Assembly: GCF_006345805.1 (NCBI RefSeq)
Contig: NW_021833930.1
Coordinates: forward strand, 1 to 64,000
DNA: 64,000 bases
Source: Octopus sinensis
Lineage: Eukaryota
Direction: 5' to 3'
Positions 1 through 12,155 of this stretch are shown here, piece by piece. A program made the translations under genes and the position numbers. The notes below the pieces were generated by a model, which was given only the letters and a program-made list of their open reading frames with translations, did not search any database and was not told the DNA's origin. The number at the start of each line of letters is the position of its first letter. Positions within the stretch are counted from its first letter, which is position 1.

Positions 1-6
1 GTGAGT
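1..6 (+). other. Possible 5' splice donor (start of a long intron)
   Basis: Window begins GTGAGT, the canonical metazoan donor hexamer. No upstream exon is visible to confirm it. Confidence 0.4.
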
Positions 7-1039
7 AAGCAGAGTGTAACGGATAGCCATTTCATAATAATATGACACACACACGTCACATATATTGTAGCAGACGTGTAAAGCAGTAGGAGAAAGGGCG
101 AGGGGGGGGTAGAATCGTCAGCGCGAGTAGTTTCATGCTTAAAGTGGGGTGCAGTGATTCTTTTCGTTGGCGGGTGTTTTGTTGTTGTTGGTTTTTGTTC
201 TGACCGCAACTGACCACATGGCATGTTTTGGTAGTCGCTTGCAGGACTTTGGAGAGCGACTAGCAATCCGTTGCTGTTGCCTTACGCAATGCCGAGAGAG
301 ACCTATATGCCGAGACACACCGATATGCAAGCCCATTGTCCAGTATAGTTATGTATTTTTTTTATTTGTGTCGTGATTGAAGCAAGAATGAGCTAAGAGA
401 AAGGAATAATAGGCGTGGGCGTGATTGTGTGGTGAGAAGTTTGCGACCCAACCACATGGTTCCGGATTCTTCCCCTAGAGCCCTTGGGTCGACCAAAGAA
501 TTGTGAGTGGATATTGTAGACAGAAATGAAAGAAGTTCGTTTGTGTTGTGTGTATATATAAATCTATATATATATATATATTATATATATAATATATATA
601 TATATATATTATATATATATATTTGTGGTAGTGAACCTTATCGTTACACACACACACACATATATATATATAAGTTTTGGTGGTGCTCCAGCATGGCCGC
701 AGTCATTCATATATTAACAGTTTGGATCGTAATTATAAAAAGATATGAAACCATTATTCTATGCTAATTTAGTTCATTTTGTCAATCTCTTTTTTCAGTT
801 TGTAAGATAGAAATTTAAATGTAATAAAATGTGTTAAAAGAAATTTAAAGTGCCTACGTGATAATTATAAACCTACTTTTGGGCCACTAGCTTCTTTCAG
901 TTTCTGTCTACCAAATCCGCTCACAAGGCTGTGATCGACCCCAAGATGCCACGCAGTGGGACTGAACCTTGAACCATGTAGTTGGGAAGCAAGCTTCTTA
1001 ATACACAGCCACTCCATCTAGAATATATATATCATAATT

Positions 1040-1332
1040 GTTTGTTCCTTCTCGAGCCATGCCTGGCTCATAAGGGCCGGTTTCCTTGGCGTACAGGTTC
1101 TCCATCTGGACGTGATGCCGGTCCGTTGCAGGGGATCTGCTAGATGCAGGAGGAAAGAGTGAGAGAAAGTTGTGGTGAAAGAGTCAGCAGAAATTTGCCA
1201 TTACCCTCTGCAGGAGCTGCGTGGAGCTTAGGTTTTTCGCTCATAAACACACACATTACCGGTCTGAGATTCGAACCCGCGATCCCTCGACCACGAGTCC
1301 GCTGCTCTAACCACTAGGCCATATACCTCCAC
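1040..1332 (-). mobile_element. tRNA-derived SINE (family C, tRNA-Arg-like head)
   Basis: Reverse complement of a GTGGAGG..TGGCC.AGTGGTTAGAGCAGCGGACTCG..GGGTTCGAATC head plus the shared CTTTCACCACAACTTTCTCTCAC body. Flanking direct repeat ATCATAATT at 1031-1039 and 1337-1345. Confidence 0.8.
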
Positions 1333-1643
1333 ATACATCATAATTACCTAATAATAATTAAGACCAATTGGTTGTTGTGTAGAGCCAGGTAATAATGATT
1401 TAGAAGGGCACCTGTAGTCAAAAGCATTTCAGCCGTGACCATTATATCATTTTAGGGATATGTAGAACTCTTCTATTCGTTATGCCCTTCGCATTTTAAC
1501 GTGGTATGGAGCGATTTGGGTGGGGGTACTTCGGCTGCTCTCGGAGTTTCATCGCCACACCTGCATAATCTGGAAGTGACCCCAACGGAATCGAGCGAGG
1601 TAGTCTTCATCCGAGCATGACCACTGTTGGTCCTCAGTAACTA

Positions 1644-2320
1644 TTGGGTTGGTGCATAATTATTGTGAGGTTTTTTTTTCGACAAATTTTATTCAACAAA
1701 AACGATAACAATATTTAACAAAAACGTCTTTAAATGGCGGTCTGACCGTCTGCCAAGCAAATGGGAAACAGTAATTGAAGTGGATGGTGAGTATGCTCCG
1801 GAATAATCATTTAAAGATGTTTTTGTTACATGTTGTGGATCTTTTCGGTTTGAACGGAAGTTTTTTCTAGCAGTGTCATATGAAATTGTCGCCCATAATT
1901 ATGACCCTAGTATCGATCTATTGCATTTCAATCTGTTTTAGGGTTAGGGTCAGAGCTAGGGTTGGGGGGAAGGGTATCTTTTTTCTTCACAAATGTAAAT
2001 AAACCCAATCTGTTTCTTAAACGAGGGACATATTCATACGGCACAGAATGTTTTCAACAATAGACGTCATTGATTGGTTGAAATTGCAGAAATTGAAGAA
2101 AAAACAACAAATATCTTACAACTATAGATTTTCTCATAAAGCCAAGAGAAAAAATGTTTTATATAAACACATTCTACCAGTATACGAAGTTTAAAAGTGT
2201 TTAGTTACGTGGAAACTATTTTAAAAAACTGCCGGTCAAACCGAAAAGATCCCATGTTGTTATTGTTTTGTTGAATACAATTTCTTGAAAAAAAGCCGCA
2301 ATAATTATGCGCCAACCCAA
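1644..2320 (+). mobile_element. Internally deleted mariner element
   Basis: 24-bp TIRs TTGGGTTGGTGCATAATTATTGTG / CGCAATAATTATGCGCCAACCCAA (2 mismatches). TA on both sides (1642-43, 2321-22). Residual transposase C-terminus DRLPSKWETVIEVDGEYAPE* at about 1743-1806. Confidence 0.85.
1837..2252. mobile_element. MITE with 8-bp TSD nested in the mariner element
   Basis: TIRs GGATCTTTTCGGTTTGA..; exact TSD CATGTTGT at 1829-1836 and 2253-2260; internal TTTAGGGTTAGGG motif. An 8-bp TSD fits hAT, Merlin or P superfamilies (unresolved). Confidence 0.9.
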
Positions 2321-2959
2321 TAAAAACAGTTTTCTGGTGTCTGCCCAATGTAACTTAGCGGTTTGTCAAAGGAAACTAATAGAATAACAGGTTTAAAAAA
2401 TAAATACTAAGGTCGATTTGTTTCACTAAACCCTTCAAGTCGGCGTCCCAGCTTGGTCGCAGTCCAATGACTGAAACAAGTAAAAGATAAAAGTTAGTAA
2501 CATACGCGTTAAGGTGGGATTTGAAGGAAATCTGGCTGTCATTTCTACCAAAATGAGCGACACGTCGAGGACGTGTGTGTGTATGTGCGGGGGGGATAAG
2601 GCTCCTCATCCTTTTCTAGTTAAAAAGAAGTAATGAGGAGGAGGAGGAGACGAATGTAGCCGAGACTTTACCAGGGAGCTTCTCCCCATCAAGCGTGTAA
2701 AACGACATAAGGGAGAAAGAGAGAAAGAGAGAGAGAGATTGAGGTCAAATGCTATTTGATAGCATTTAACGAGGGAACAACTCGAAAAGCAAAGAAATGT
2801 GTCTATATACTTGCATATACAGGCAAACAAACACACATACACACGCACACATAAATGCAAACCTGCTTGTTAGTGTAGGAAGGCCGAGAAAAGGTCATGA
2901 AAGCCATGCCCTTCTCGGACGCAGTAAAGCAGTCTGTGTCCGCACACGCATGTGTGGGT

Positions 2960-2966
2960 ATGTATA

Positions 2967-3022
<56 letters not shown>

Positions 3023-3085
3023 TATATACACACACATATATATATACACACACACACACACAAATATATACACACACACACACAA

Positions 3086-3121
<36 letters not shown>

Positions 3122-3370
3122 ACACACACACATATATATATACACACACGAACATTTATATTCTACATATAATATACATGCATACAAATATATATATATA
3201 CACATGCATATAAATATAATATACATGCATATAATATATATAGATAGATATTCAAAGTGGAAGAGAGAACTGTGTGTGTGTGTATATATATATAATATAT
3301 ATCTATATATATATAATGTATGCATATTCTATATATAAATAAGTGTGTACGTATATGTGTATGTATATAT
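2960..3370. repeat. Compound (TG)/(TA)/(CA) microsatellite
   Basis: Direct reading; it explains the overlapping VCVC/HTHT/YIYI pseudo-ORFs. Confidence 0.95.
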
Positions 3371-3549
3371 ATGTGAGGGGGAGTATGTGAGCGTATACAC
3401 ACAGAGGAGATGCATGTAGTATATTTCTATTGACGTATACTAAATTTAATAGTATACGTCTAATGACGTAATAAAAAGTTTCCATTGTTGATGTATGTGT
3501 GTGTGTGTGTGTGTGCATGCGTGCGAAGCCTCATTATACTGAACCGCAA

Positions 3550-5280
3550 AACTCTACTGCCTTGATTTGCCACCCGGGATTAAACAATCGCTTACACCCA
3601 CTTCTTCCTTTCTCACTGGTTGCTCTTCATGCACATCCTTGTACCATCTCACGGCGCTTATCTTCTATTGGACTCTCTATTCTAGTTGCATCGTCTGTTT
3701 TTTTTTTCCCTCTTAGTCGCAGCCTCAGCGACAATCTCCTACGCAGTTTCCGTCTCCGTTTGAACTCCACCAACTTTGTTTTTACAACAGGGTTGGTTTG
3801 AGCCCATTTTCATCCACCCTACCCGTTTACCCATGCACGTCACCATCCGTTGTTCCAGTTCCACGCTACCTACCCTTCACTATCCTGTCTACTGCCCATT
3901 CCAAAATACTTTTCATCCATTATTCGGTTTCCTCTCATACAGCAAAGCTCAGCCCACAAGTTCCACTAAGTCTTCCACCAATTTCATTACACCCCACCCG
4001 CTTATAATACCCCCACGTGCTATTGTTACCCTACTCTCTGATCTATCACCTTCCGACGCTGAACGTTCGATCCTTGGTAAGAACAGCCTCCGCCTCACAC
4101 TCCTCACAGCTTCTGTTGACCAATTCCAGATCAATATCGAACTGTTCATGCAACTGACCCACTGAGTCCAACGGCACCAGCCGCGTGGCTACAGTGTGTG
4201 CTACCCGGAGTAGCCATTGAGTTTCCTGTCCATCGCCTCTTGCCTTCTACACACGTTTATACAGCAGATATTGAAAGTTTCGCACCGGCGCCATTTCCAC
4301 ACATCCCTAGCTACGCTACTGAACTACACTGATTGCTTCACCGACTTCACTCGACGACTATTCCACTGGAATGTCGGCTCAGGACATTTCAAGGCCTTGG
4401 ATCTGTGTTTTATGACACTGTGCTGTGGAAGAGCCAGAAAGCACTAACATCTCCAGGGTTAAACTCTCCGTAATCCGTTGTCAACCTGGTCGACGAATGG
4501 AGCAGACATGACATGGGAATCAACGACTCCTTCACATACATTTCTATAGTAAGCTGTCCTCTAGCCATGCACCTCGCAACCAACAGCCCGTATCCATCGT
4601 CACTCGAAATTCAATTTTATTTACAGTGACCTGCTAGATAGCGTAATCAGTCATATCGCGACGATAAGAATATCATAAGAGGGACCCTGTTTCTCAAGTC
4701 AGTTCGCAGCGTCTACCTTTCTCTCTATGGCTAAAGAGAAGATAACCAGGTCGAAATGCATGCATACATACCCACAGTCTGGTTAGGAGACGTTGTGAGC
4801 TGACTGGATTTCTTTACAGCGAGAAATTTTCTCCATAATAAAATACAGTGAATGGTTTTCTTACAGGTTCGAATATGCCTTAAACATATTTGAAATGTTA
4901 ACACGGTTGTAACTAAACCTATTATTCTCAACGCAAAATTCCTTAGCCTCTGACTTTGATGCTCAATGAAAACACAGAGGATTTTCACTGTATACAGACT
5001 AATCACCCACAACCCAGCGTTAAAGCTACTCGCCTTCACACCTATATTATTGACCGCGCCTTCAACTCCCTGTCCCATGATGAATCGCCTTTCTTTTCTC
5101 CTCACCTCTCCAATACACCATCCCACAGAATTTCTGTCTGCCTCCAACCAAACCCATCCGCTTCCCACATCTTTCCTGAATAACCTTTTCCTTCCTCCAA
5201 GACGAACCGCAATTTGGAAGACCCTGTGGTTTAGTTCCTTCATCTCTCGCCACACCCAGCTCGGATACTCTGCCTAGGCT
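3550..5280 (-). mobile_element. Highly degenerate LINE-like remnant
   Basis: Non-simple sequence with broken minus-strand frames faintly resembling an apurinic endonuclease (..SILIWNW..; ..GDVHG*TGR..). Many stops; clade not assignable. Confidence 0.3.
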
Positions 5281-5669
5281 CGCCCTCGCTATAACACACA
5301 CACACACACACACACATCTATCCTTTTGTCGTCCCCTTGCAATGACCAAGTTCATCTATCCATGTAACAGACCGTTTTCTCTCTGTGCATTATCGCATAA
5401 AATCGTCTCTCAGTGACTCACTGTATATCGTTGACATATATCTGACTAATTTATGTTTATGAGAAATTTTGTTGGACGCCTGGTGCAGCTATACAACATA
5501 ATTAAAACCCAAAGTCAAACAGATCCACAGTGCATGCGCCTTTTTCGTGATCTTCACGGTTGACCGATATACAAGACAATTTCAAGAAAATAAGCTCAAC
5601 CCGAAGGTCCCCGGTTCACTCCCAACTAAAGGCAGCATTTCCAAAACAGCAAGGGAACGTCTAGGAGTC

Positions 5670-6063
5670 ATACCTTAAGCGGGACCTGGATCCCTTAGAG
5701 CGACAAGCACTAAAGGGGGCGAAATACTTGCTTAACGGAAGTTCTTCTGATGAAAATTTATCATGGCTGTGTGGTAAGTAGCTTGTTTACCAACCACATG
5801 GTACCGGATTCAGTCCCACTGCGTGGCACCATGGGCAAGTGTCTTCTACTATAGCCTCGGAAGGCTTTGGTCGGCCCGAGGCTATAGTAGAAGACACTTG
5901 CCCATGGTGCCACGCAGTGGGACTGAATCCGGTACCATGTGGTTGGTAAACAAGCTACTTACCACACAGCCATGATAAATTTTCATCAGAAGAACTTCCG
6001 TTAAGCAAGTATTTCGCCCCCTTTAGTGCTTGTCGCTCTAAGGGATCCAGGTCCCGCTTAAGG

Positions 6064-6066
<3 letters not shown>
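5670..6066. repeat. Perfect inverted repeat, 191-bp arms and 15-nt spacer
   Basis: 5670-5860 is the exact reverse complement of 5876-6066; spacer AAGGCTTTGGTCGGC. Confidence 0.95.
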
Positions 6067-6112
<46 letters not shown>

Positions 6113-6316
6113 TTGTGTGTCTGTGTTTGTCCCCCTAGCATTGCTTGACAACCGATGCTGGTGTGTTTATGTCCCCGTTACTTAGCAGTTCGGCAAAAGA
6201 GACCGATAGATTAAGTACTGGGCTTACAAAAGAATAAGTCCCGGGGTCGAGTTGCTCGATTAAAGGCGGTGCTCCAGCATGGCCGCAGTCAAATGACTGA
6301 AACAAGTAAAAGAGTA
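5762..6316 (+). mobile_element. tRNA-derived SINE (family B) disrupted by a fold-back inversion
   Basis: Head TGGCTGTGTGGTAAGTAGC...GGCACCATGGGCAAGTGTCTT. The 3' half resumes after 6067 and ends GCATGGCCGCAGTCAAATGACTGAAACAAGTAAAAGAG. Confidence 0.9.
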
Positions 6317-6926
6317 TGCTGTTCGCTCGTCTCGTAGTAGCAAGTTTTCACTTACTATTCATTCACGCTTGCATAGCCCGTGACTAATTCTCCAAGCCAC
6401 ACCTACCTGTATCTCGCCGTTCACGAGGAATGCCTACAATACTTAGGAAATCCAATTTACCGCTTACATCCGCGAACAATAATTAATCCCCCCCCCCAGT
6501 TAAACACAGTTAACCCAGCTGGGATTAATTAAATAACCAACCTTCTTCTAAAAAACACTGCCTTCCTTCCTCCACAAATATCAACATATACCAACCCAAT
6601 AAACACCCTGATATACCCTTCACCTCAACGTTTACACATACACACATACGTTCACACTTCCTTAAACCTTTCTACTTTCCATATTTATTTTGATCATCAC
6701 TCTCAGTTCTTGGGGGTTTTTGTCCTTTTTTTTTTGTAGAAGGTGTTATAAAGCATCATTCTAAGTACCCCCGCTCTATCCACATGCATTTTACCATTCA
6801 CCATGCTGCTGACTCTTTTCAGACCATAAATACATAGTGCGAGCATGCACAAATTAGCGTTGGTTTATTTACGTCCCCGTAACCTACGGTTCGGGAAAAA
6901 AGCCGACAGAATATGTACCAGACATA

Positions 6927-6958
<32 letters not shown>

Positions 6959-7217
6959 CTGTAAGCAGGTAATCCTGCGACGGACTGGCGTTCTCTTCAG
7001 AAGTAATGTTGGCTTGCTTGCTCGTCTAGCTAGCGGGATGGGATCATTCGAAAGCTATAACAATGCGAGAAAGCGCATTGTAACCAGCCGTCCATTACAA
7101 CATCTGGTAGTCTGATCCATGCAATGATATATATATACGCAAAATTGCGACTAACCAGCAGGCCGATAACTAACGAGGAGTTGGTGACCATCTGTGTCCG
7201 TTTCCCGCTTTTTTTTT

Positions 7218-7535
7218 TTTTTTTTTACTTGTTTCAGTCATTTGACTGCGGCCATGCTGGAGCACCGCCTTTAGTCGAGCAAATCAACCCCAGGACTTAT
7301 TCTATGTAAGCCCAGTACTTATTCTATCGGTCTCTTTTGCCGAACCGCTAAGTGACGGGGACATAAACACACTAGCATCGGTTGTCAAGCAATGCTAGGG
7401 GGACAAACACAGACACACAAACACATACGCACACACACATATATACGACAGGCTTCTTTCAGTTTCCGTCTACCAAATCCACTCACAAGGCATTGGTCGG
7501 CTCGAGGCTATAGCAGAAGACACTTACTTGCCCAA
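7218..7535 (-). mobile_element. SINE family B, 5'-truncated
   Basis: TTTCAGTCATTTGACTGCGGCCATGCTGGAGCACCGCC... matches the other family B copies in the window. Confidence 0.9.
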
Positions 7536-7596
7536 GATATGTTTAACTCATTATAGATAGATAGGCATACATACATATATATATATCTTCATTTCC

Positions 7597-7632
<36 letters not shown>

Positions 7633-7904
7633 AATATATATATATTCTGTTGTGTCTGGGGAGAGTCATTTTCTTTTTGTGCCTTATTATTTAACACGTA
7701 CACCGGTAAAAGAGTCAAAACTATTGAAAAGGTTGCAACACGCAACGAAAAATTTAGGAAATTAAAAAAATAAGAAATAAGTGGAAATTTTACCGGTGAG
7801 AGTGTTAAATAATAAGACACAAAAAGAAAATTACTCTCCCCAGACACAACAGAATATGCTTCAACACACGAACTCATAAAAAACCAAATCCCAAAACGAT
7901 AATG

Positions 7905-8103
7905 TTGAATCGCTAGTTTCTGCACGCATTTTTTTCTCCTTGTTTCTCTCCGTGTTTCTTTTCTGTGTATCTTTCTGTTGAAGAGCGTAGGCTCGAAACG
8001 TAAAAAACTTATTTTATTTATATCCCTGAGCGCCATACTAATACAATTGTTTGTTTGTACTCCACCTGCCTTCGTCTTTTGTTTATTTTCATAAAGCTTC
8101 CCG

Positions 8104-8105
<2 letters not shown>
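7905..8105 (+). mobile_element. Penelope-like pseudo-LTR fragment carrying a hammerhead motif
   Basis: About 200 bp highly similar to the reverse complement of about 46155-46365; ends in (TA)n; contains the hammerhead motif listed next. Penelope origin is inferred from the ribozyme architecture. Confidence 0.6.
7970..8007 (+). ncRNA. Minimal type I hammerhead ribozyme motif (A6U core variant)
   Basis: UCUUU-CUGUUGA-A-GAGC(GUAG)GCUC-GAAAC-GU-A-AAAAA; palindromic ACGU stem III. Confidence 0.6.
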
Positions 8106-8160
<55 letters not shown>

Positions 8161-8653
8161 AAATGAAGAAATAAGGTACGTGAATCAGTAAGAATAATGT
8201 ATGTGTGTGTATGTCATTGAGGGAAAATAAAAAGAATAACTGAAAGAGGACATATGAACACAAGAAGAAAATGGAGTGAGACTGTAAGTAAAACCGTTGA
8301 GAATTATTGAAGGGAGCCGAAAATAAATCTCATAACTTTTAACTTATAATACACTGGTGAGCATCAGTGTGTGTGTGTGTGTTTCGTACGTCAGTATGTG
8401 TACGTTCGTGACTATTATCAAAAGTGCAAATCTATCGAATAGGCATTTTTCAAAGTCTGTCAGGACTTTATTAGTCACAGCTGGGAATGAACACGTTCGC
8501 AATCGTGAGAACACACGACGAACAGCCCACAGCTGTTTCGAATGGCGGGTCACATTTACAAGCAGTAATGCTTCGAGTACCACGAGGATGCGTGTGTGTG
8601 TGTGTGTGTGTGTATTTTTCAGCCATAAAAAAACGTAAGCAAACAACAACAAT

Positions 8654-8684
<31 letters not shown>

Positions 8685-8755
8685 TGATAAATAATAAATA
8701 AATGATAATGATAAATAATAAATAAATGATAATGATAATAATAATAAATAATAAA

Positions 8756-8788
<33 letters not shown>

Positions 8789-9451
8789 TAATAATAATTT
8801 CTACTGGAGGCACAAGGTCTCAAATTTGTGGGGAGGTGACTAGTCGATTACATCGAGTGCTAATAATTCTGCCAGCTCACCGCCTTAATAATAATAAGGA
8901 TGGTTTCAAATTTTGCCAGAAGGGCAGCAATTTTAGGGAAGGGTACGAGTCCATTATATCGACCCCCAGTGCTCAACTGATATTTATTCCAACGACCCCG
9001 AAAGGATGAAAGGCAAAAATCGAGCCCTGCGGTATTTGAACACAGAACGTAAAGACAGACGAAATGCCGCTAAGCATTTTGTCCGCCGTCTTAAGAAGAA
9101 GAAGAACAACGAAAACTCAGTAAACAAAGCCCTATTCACAAAACAAAGTGATGTGGTGCACCAACTGGTGTCTTATTCCCTCAATCCCCATAAAAATTTA
9201 AACACAATGCGACAAACACACCTCAGAACAAGGGGGTGCACCAGGTGGTGTAGTAGAAACTCGCGTGAAACTAACGAAAAAACAACAATAATAATAAATT
9301 CGTTTATTGGCCACAAAGGCTTACATAAAATTACATTAAAACACATACAACATAAAAGTAAAAAACAGGACGACACAATGCGTTTTATAACGTATATATA
9401 GAACGAATAAGAATTAAACAATTTAAATAATAATAATAATAATAATAATAA

Positions 9452-10150
9452 ATGCCCTGATGCAGTACCAGGCAATGGCTCTCATGGCTTCTGATCTTAA
9501 CTGATTGGAAGTGTTATCGTGTACATTGTTTTGTCTTGGTATAAAAGATGGGCTACAGCAAATATTTTGCTCAATACCACAGATTTGTCAGTTGTTTGAC
9601 CGTAACCAGTTGACCATGTCTCTTAGTGGCTGACGATATGTGCATCTCTGATCATGAGCAGAAGTAGTGGGGGATCATCATAGCCGTGTGTTGAAAGGAA
9701 TTCTTGGAGGTTTGGATAATTTACCTTTGGAAACATGGGTGGTTCGTTCAACATCCTTAAACAATCCTTATTCAGGGACCTTTTGAGCAGGATGGGTTAC
9801 TCGACCCAAAGAAAATTCTAACTGGGCCCCACCTGCAAGGTCATGAGCTGTTTATCTTGATATGAGATCACCATGTCACGCACATATGGTTGTGATGCAT
9901 GTGCCTCGTTTACCCTTATCAGACGGGTAGCTATGATGGGTATACTGGGCTTCATATATTTGTACCGCAGTGTCACTTTGATGGCATGCACTGCTCTCTC
10001 ACTCAATAATAATAATAATAATAATAATGATAATAATAATCCTTTCAACTTAAGGCACAAGGCCTGAAATTTGTTGGGAGAGGTAAGCCGATCACATTGA
10101 CTTCAGTACTTGACTGGTACAGGATTTATTGACCCTGAATGGATGAAAAA
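9452..10150 (-). mobile_element. Composite: SINE family D tail + (ATT)n + ~540-bp repeat E
   Basis: Repeat E (9452-10005) is homologous to 17515-17996, 18490-18985, 20405-20590 and 22403-22944, and is joined to the D-type SINE tail. Confidence 0.8.
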
Positions 10151-11137
10151 TGCGGTAAAATTAGCACGGGCTTAAGATGATTTTGTTTAAGTCACATGAT
10201 TACAATCCTACTTTCCACATGCATCTACGCTTGCGTGTGCGTACGTATGCATACGGAGGGATGTATGTATGTATGTATGTATGTATGTATGTATGTATGT
10301 ATATTAATAAATAAAATAAAACATATGCATATATATAAACATATATGTACGTACCTACCTCTACATGTACATATACACGCATATATGAGTACAGGACACC
10401 AAAGGGACGTCGAACACAATGAGAAACGAAAACATAGACACAAACCAAAGGAACTGGACATTTTTTTAAAAACAGCAAAAAAAAAAAGAGTACAGGACAA
10501 TTAACACAAAGAAAAAAACCCTTCTTCAGTCGCTAAAGGTTTCATCTACTCTACGTTTGGAAGGATAAAAGCGAGACGTATCTTCGACAAGAAAACTTTC
10601 CTTCCTGCGAAAAGCAAATCAATTAAAATTCTGAGATCTTTTCGCAGAGGGGTAAAAAATGGTAAAAACAGGACAGTAACGACAGTACAAATTTGCATTC
10701 CCAGACATATATCGTCCCACAAGGCCTTGCAGTTCTCCTGGTTCAAATCCAGCTCTTGCTGGGTGAATGTATGTGTGTATGTATGTAAGTCTGTATATGT
10801 ATGTATACATTTGGATGTATGTATATGTGTGTGAGTGATATATATCACAAAAGAGACCGATTCTGAAATGTTTTAAGCGATCGCTATACCCGAGAACGAC
10901 GAAGCAGCCCTCACACAGACACACTGTCTATTCACATCAGATGGTGTTCAAGTCAACTATGACCTGGGTCAACATTGATCTAAACTTATCTAAGTGACGA
11001 GCAATAAACTTGAGCATGTACACTGTGTGTGTGATCAAGACTTGTGATAATGAGTTGAGGAGGGAGGATCGAAAAAGGAACAGTAGATGTAATGTATGGT
11101 AGGTATAGTTGTTTGTTGTGATATATGCGATGGTGAA

Positions 11138-11705
11138 GGCGGCGAGCTGGCAGAACCGTTAGCACGTCGGGCGAAATGCGAAGCCGTATTTCGTCTGCCG
11201 TTACGTTCTGAGTTCAAATTCCGCCGAGGTCGACTTTGCCTTTCATCCTTTCGGGGTCGATAAATTAAGTACCAGTTACGCACTGGAATCGATGCAATCG
11301 ACTTAATCCGTTTGTCTGTCTTTGTTTGTCCCTTCTATGTTTATCCACTTGTGGGTAATAAAGAAACAGATATTTCGTCTCTCTTTATGTTCTGAGTTCA
11401 AATTCCACCGAGGTCAACTTTGCTTTTCATCCTTTCGGGGTCGATAAATTAAGTACCAGTTACGCACTGGGGTCGATGTAATCGACTTAATCCGTTTGTC
11501 CCCTCTATGTTTAGCCCCTTGTGGGTAATAAAGAAACAGATATTTCGTCCGTCTTTATGTTCTGAGTTCAAATTCCGCCGAGGTCAACTTTGCTTTTCAT
11601 CCTTTCGGGGTCGATAAATTAAGTACCAGTTGGGTATTGAAGTGGATCTAACCGACTGCCCCCGCATTCCCAAAATCTTCGGGCCTTGAGCCTAGAGTAG
11701 ATAAG
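11138..11705 (+). mobile_element. Trimeric SINE (family A/D)
   Basis: One tRNA head GGCGGCGAGCTGGCAGAA.., then three bodies each starting TATTTCGTC..TTCTGAGTTCAAATTCC; the last unit has the D-type tail. Confidence 0.9.
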
Positions 11706-12110
11706 ATATGTGTGGTGGTGGTGATGAAAATGGCGATGGTGGTGGTGGAGGTGCGGTGATCGTAGTATATAGAAGTTGGTAATAGCGGTGATGGGGGGGC
11801 CGGTGAAAGTAAAAGGCCGTGGTGACATTCGTACTGTTGGGAATGATGGTAGTGTTCTAAGTGAATTCATAGGGGTGGTGTTGATGTTGATACAGAAGGT
11901 GGTGGATTACAAAAAATAGGGGTGTTTAAATGGACATGGTGGGAAAGACACACACACAAAAAGTACAACGAACGAACAAAACAATAGAAAGCGGAAGAGG
12001 AAGAGATAAGGGAGACAAACGGGAGACCCTACATTGTGTGTGCGCGCGCGTGAATATGTATGTATGTATGTAAGTATGTGTGTAAGTATGTGTGTGTGTA
12101 TGTGTGTGTG

Positions 12111-12155
<45 letters not shown>

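Noticed and set aside
1933-1966. Interstitial telomere
   Set aside because: Only two TTAGGG-like units, internal to a MITE.
8357-8638. ORFs open on both strands in a CpG-rich unique block
   Set aside because: Bounded by microsatellites, no real start codon or splice support, no recognisable homology.
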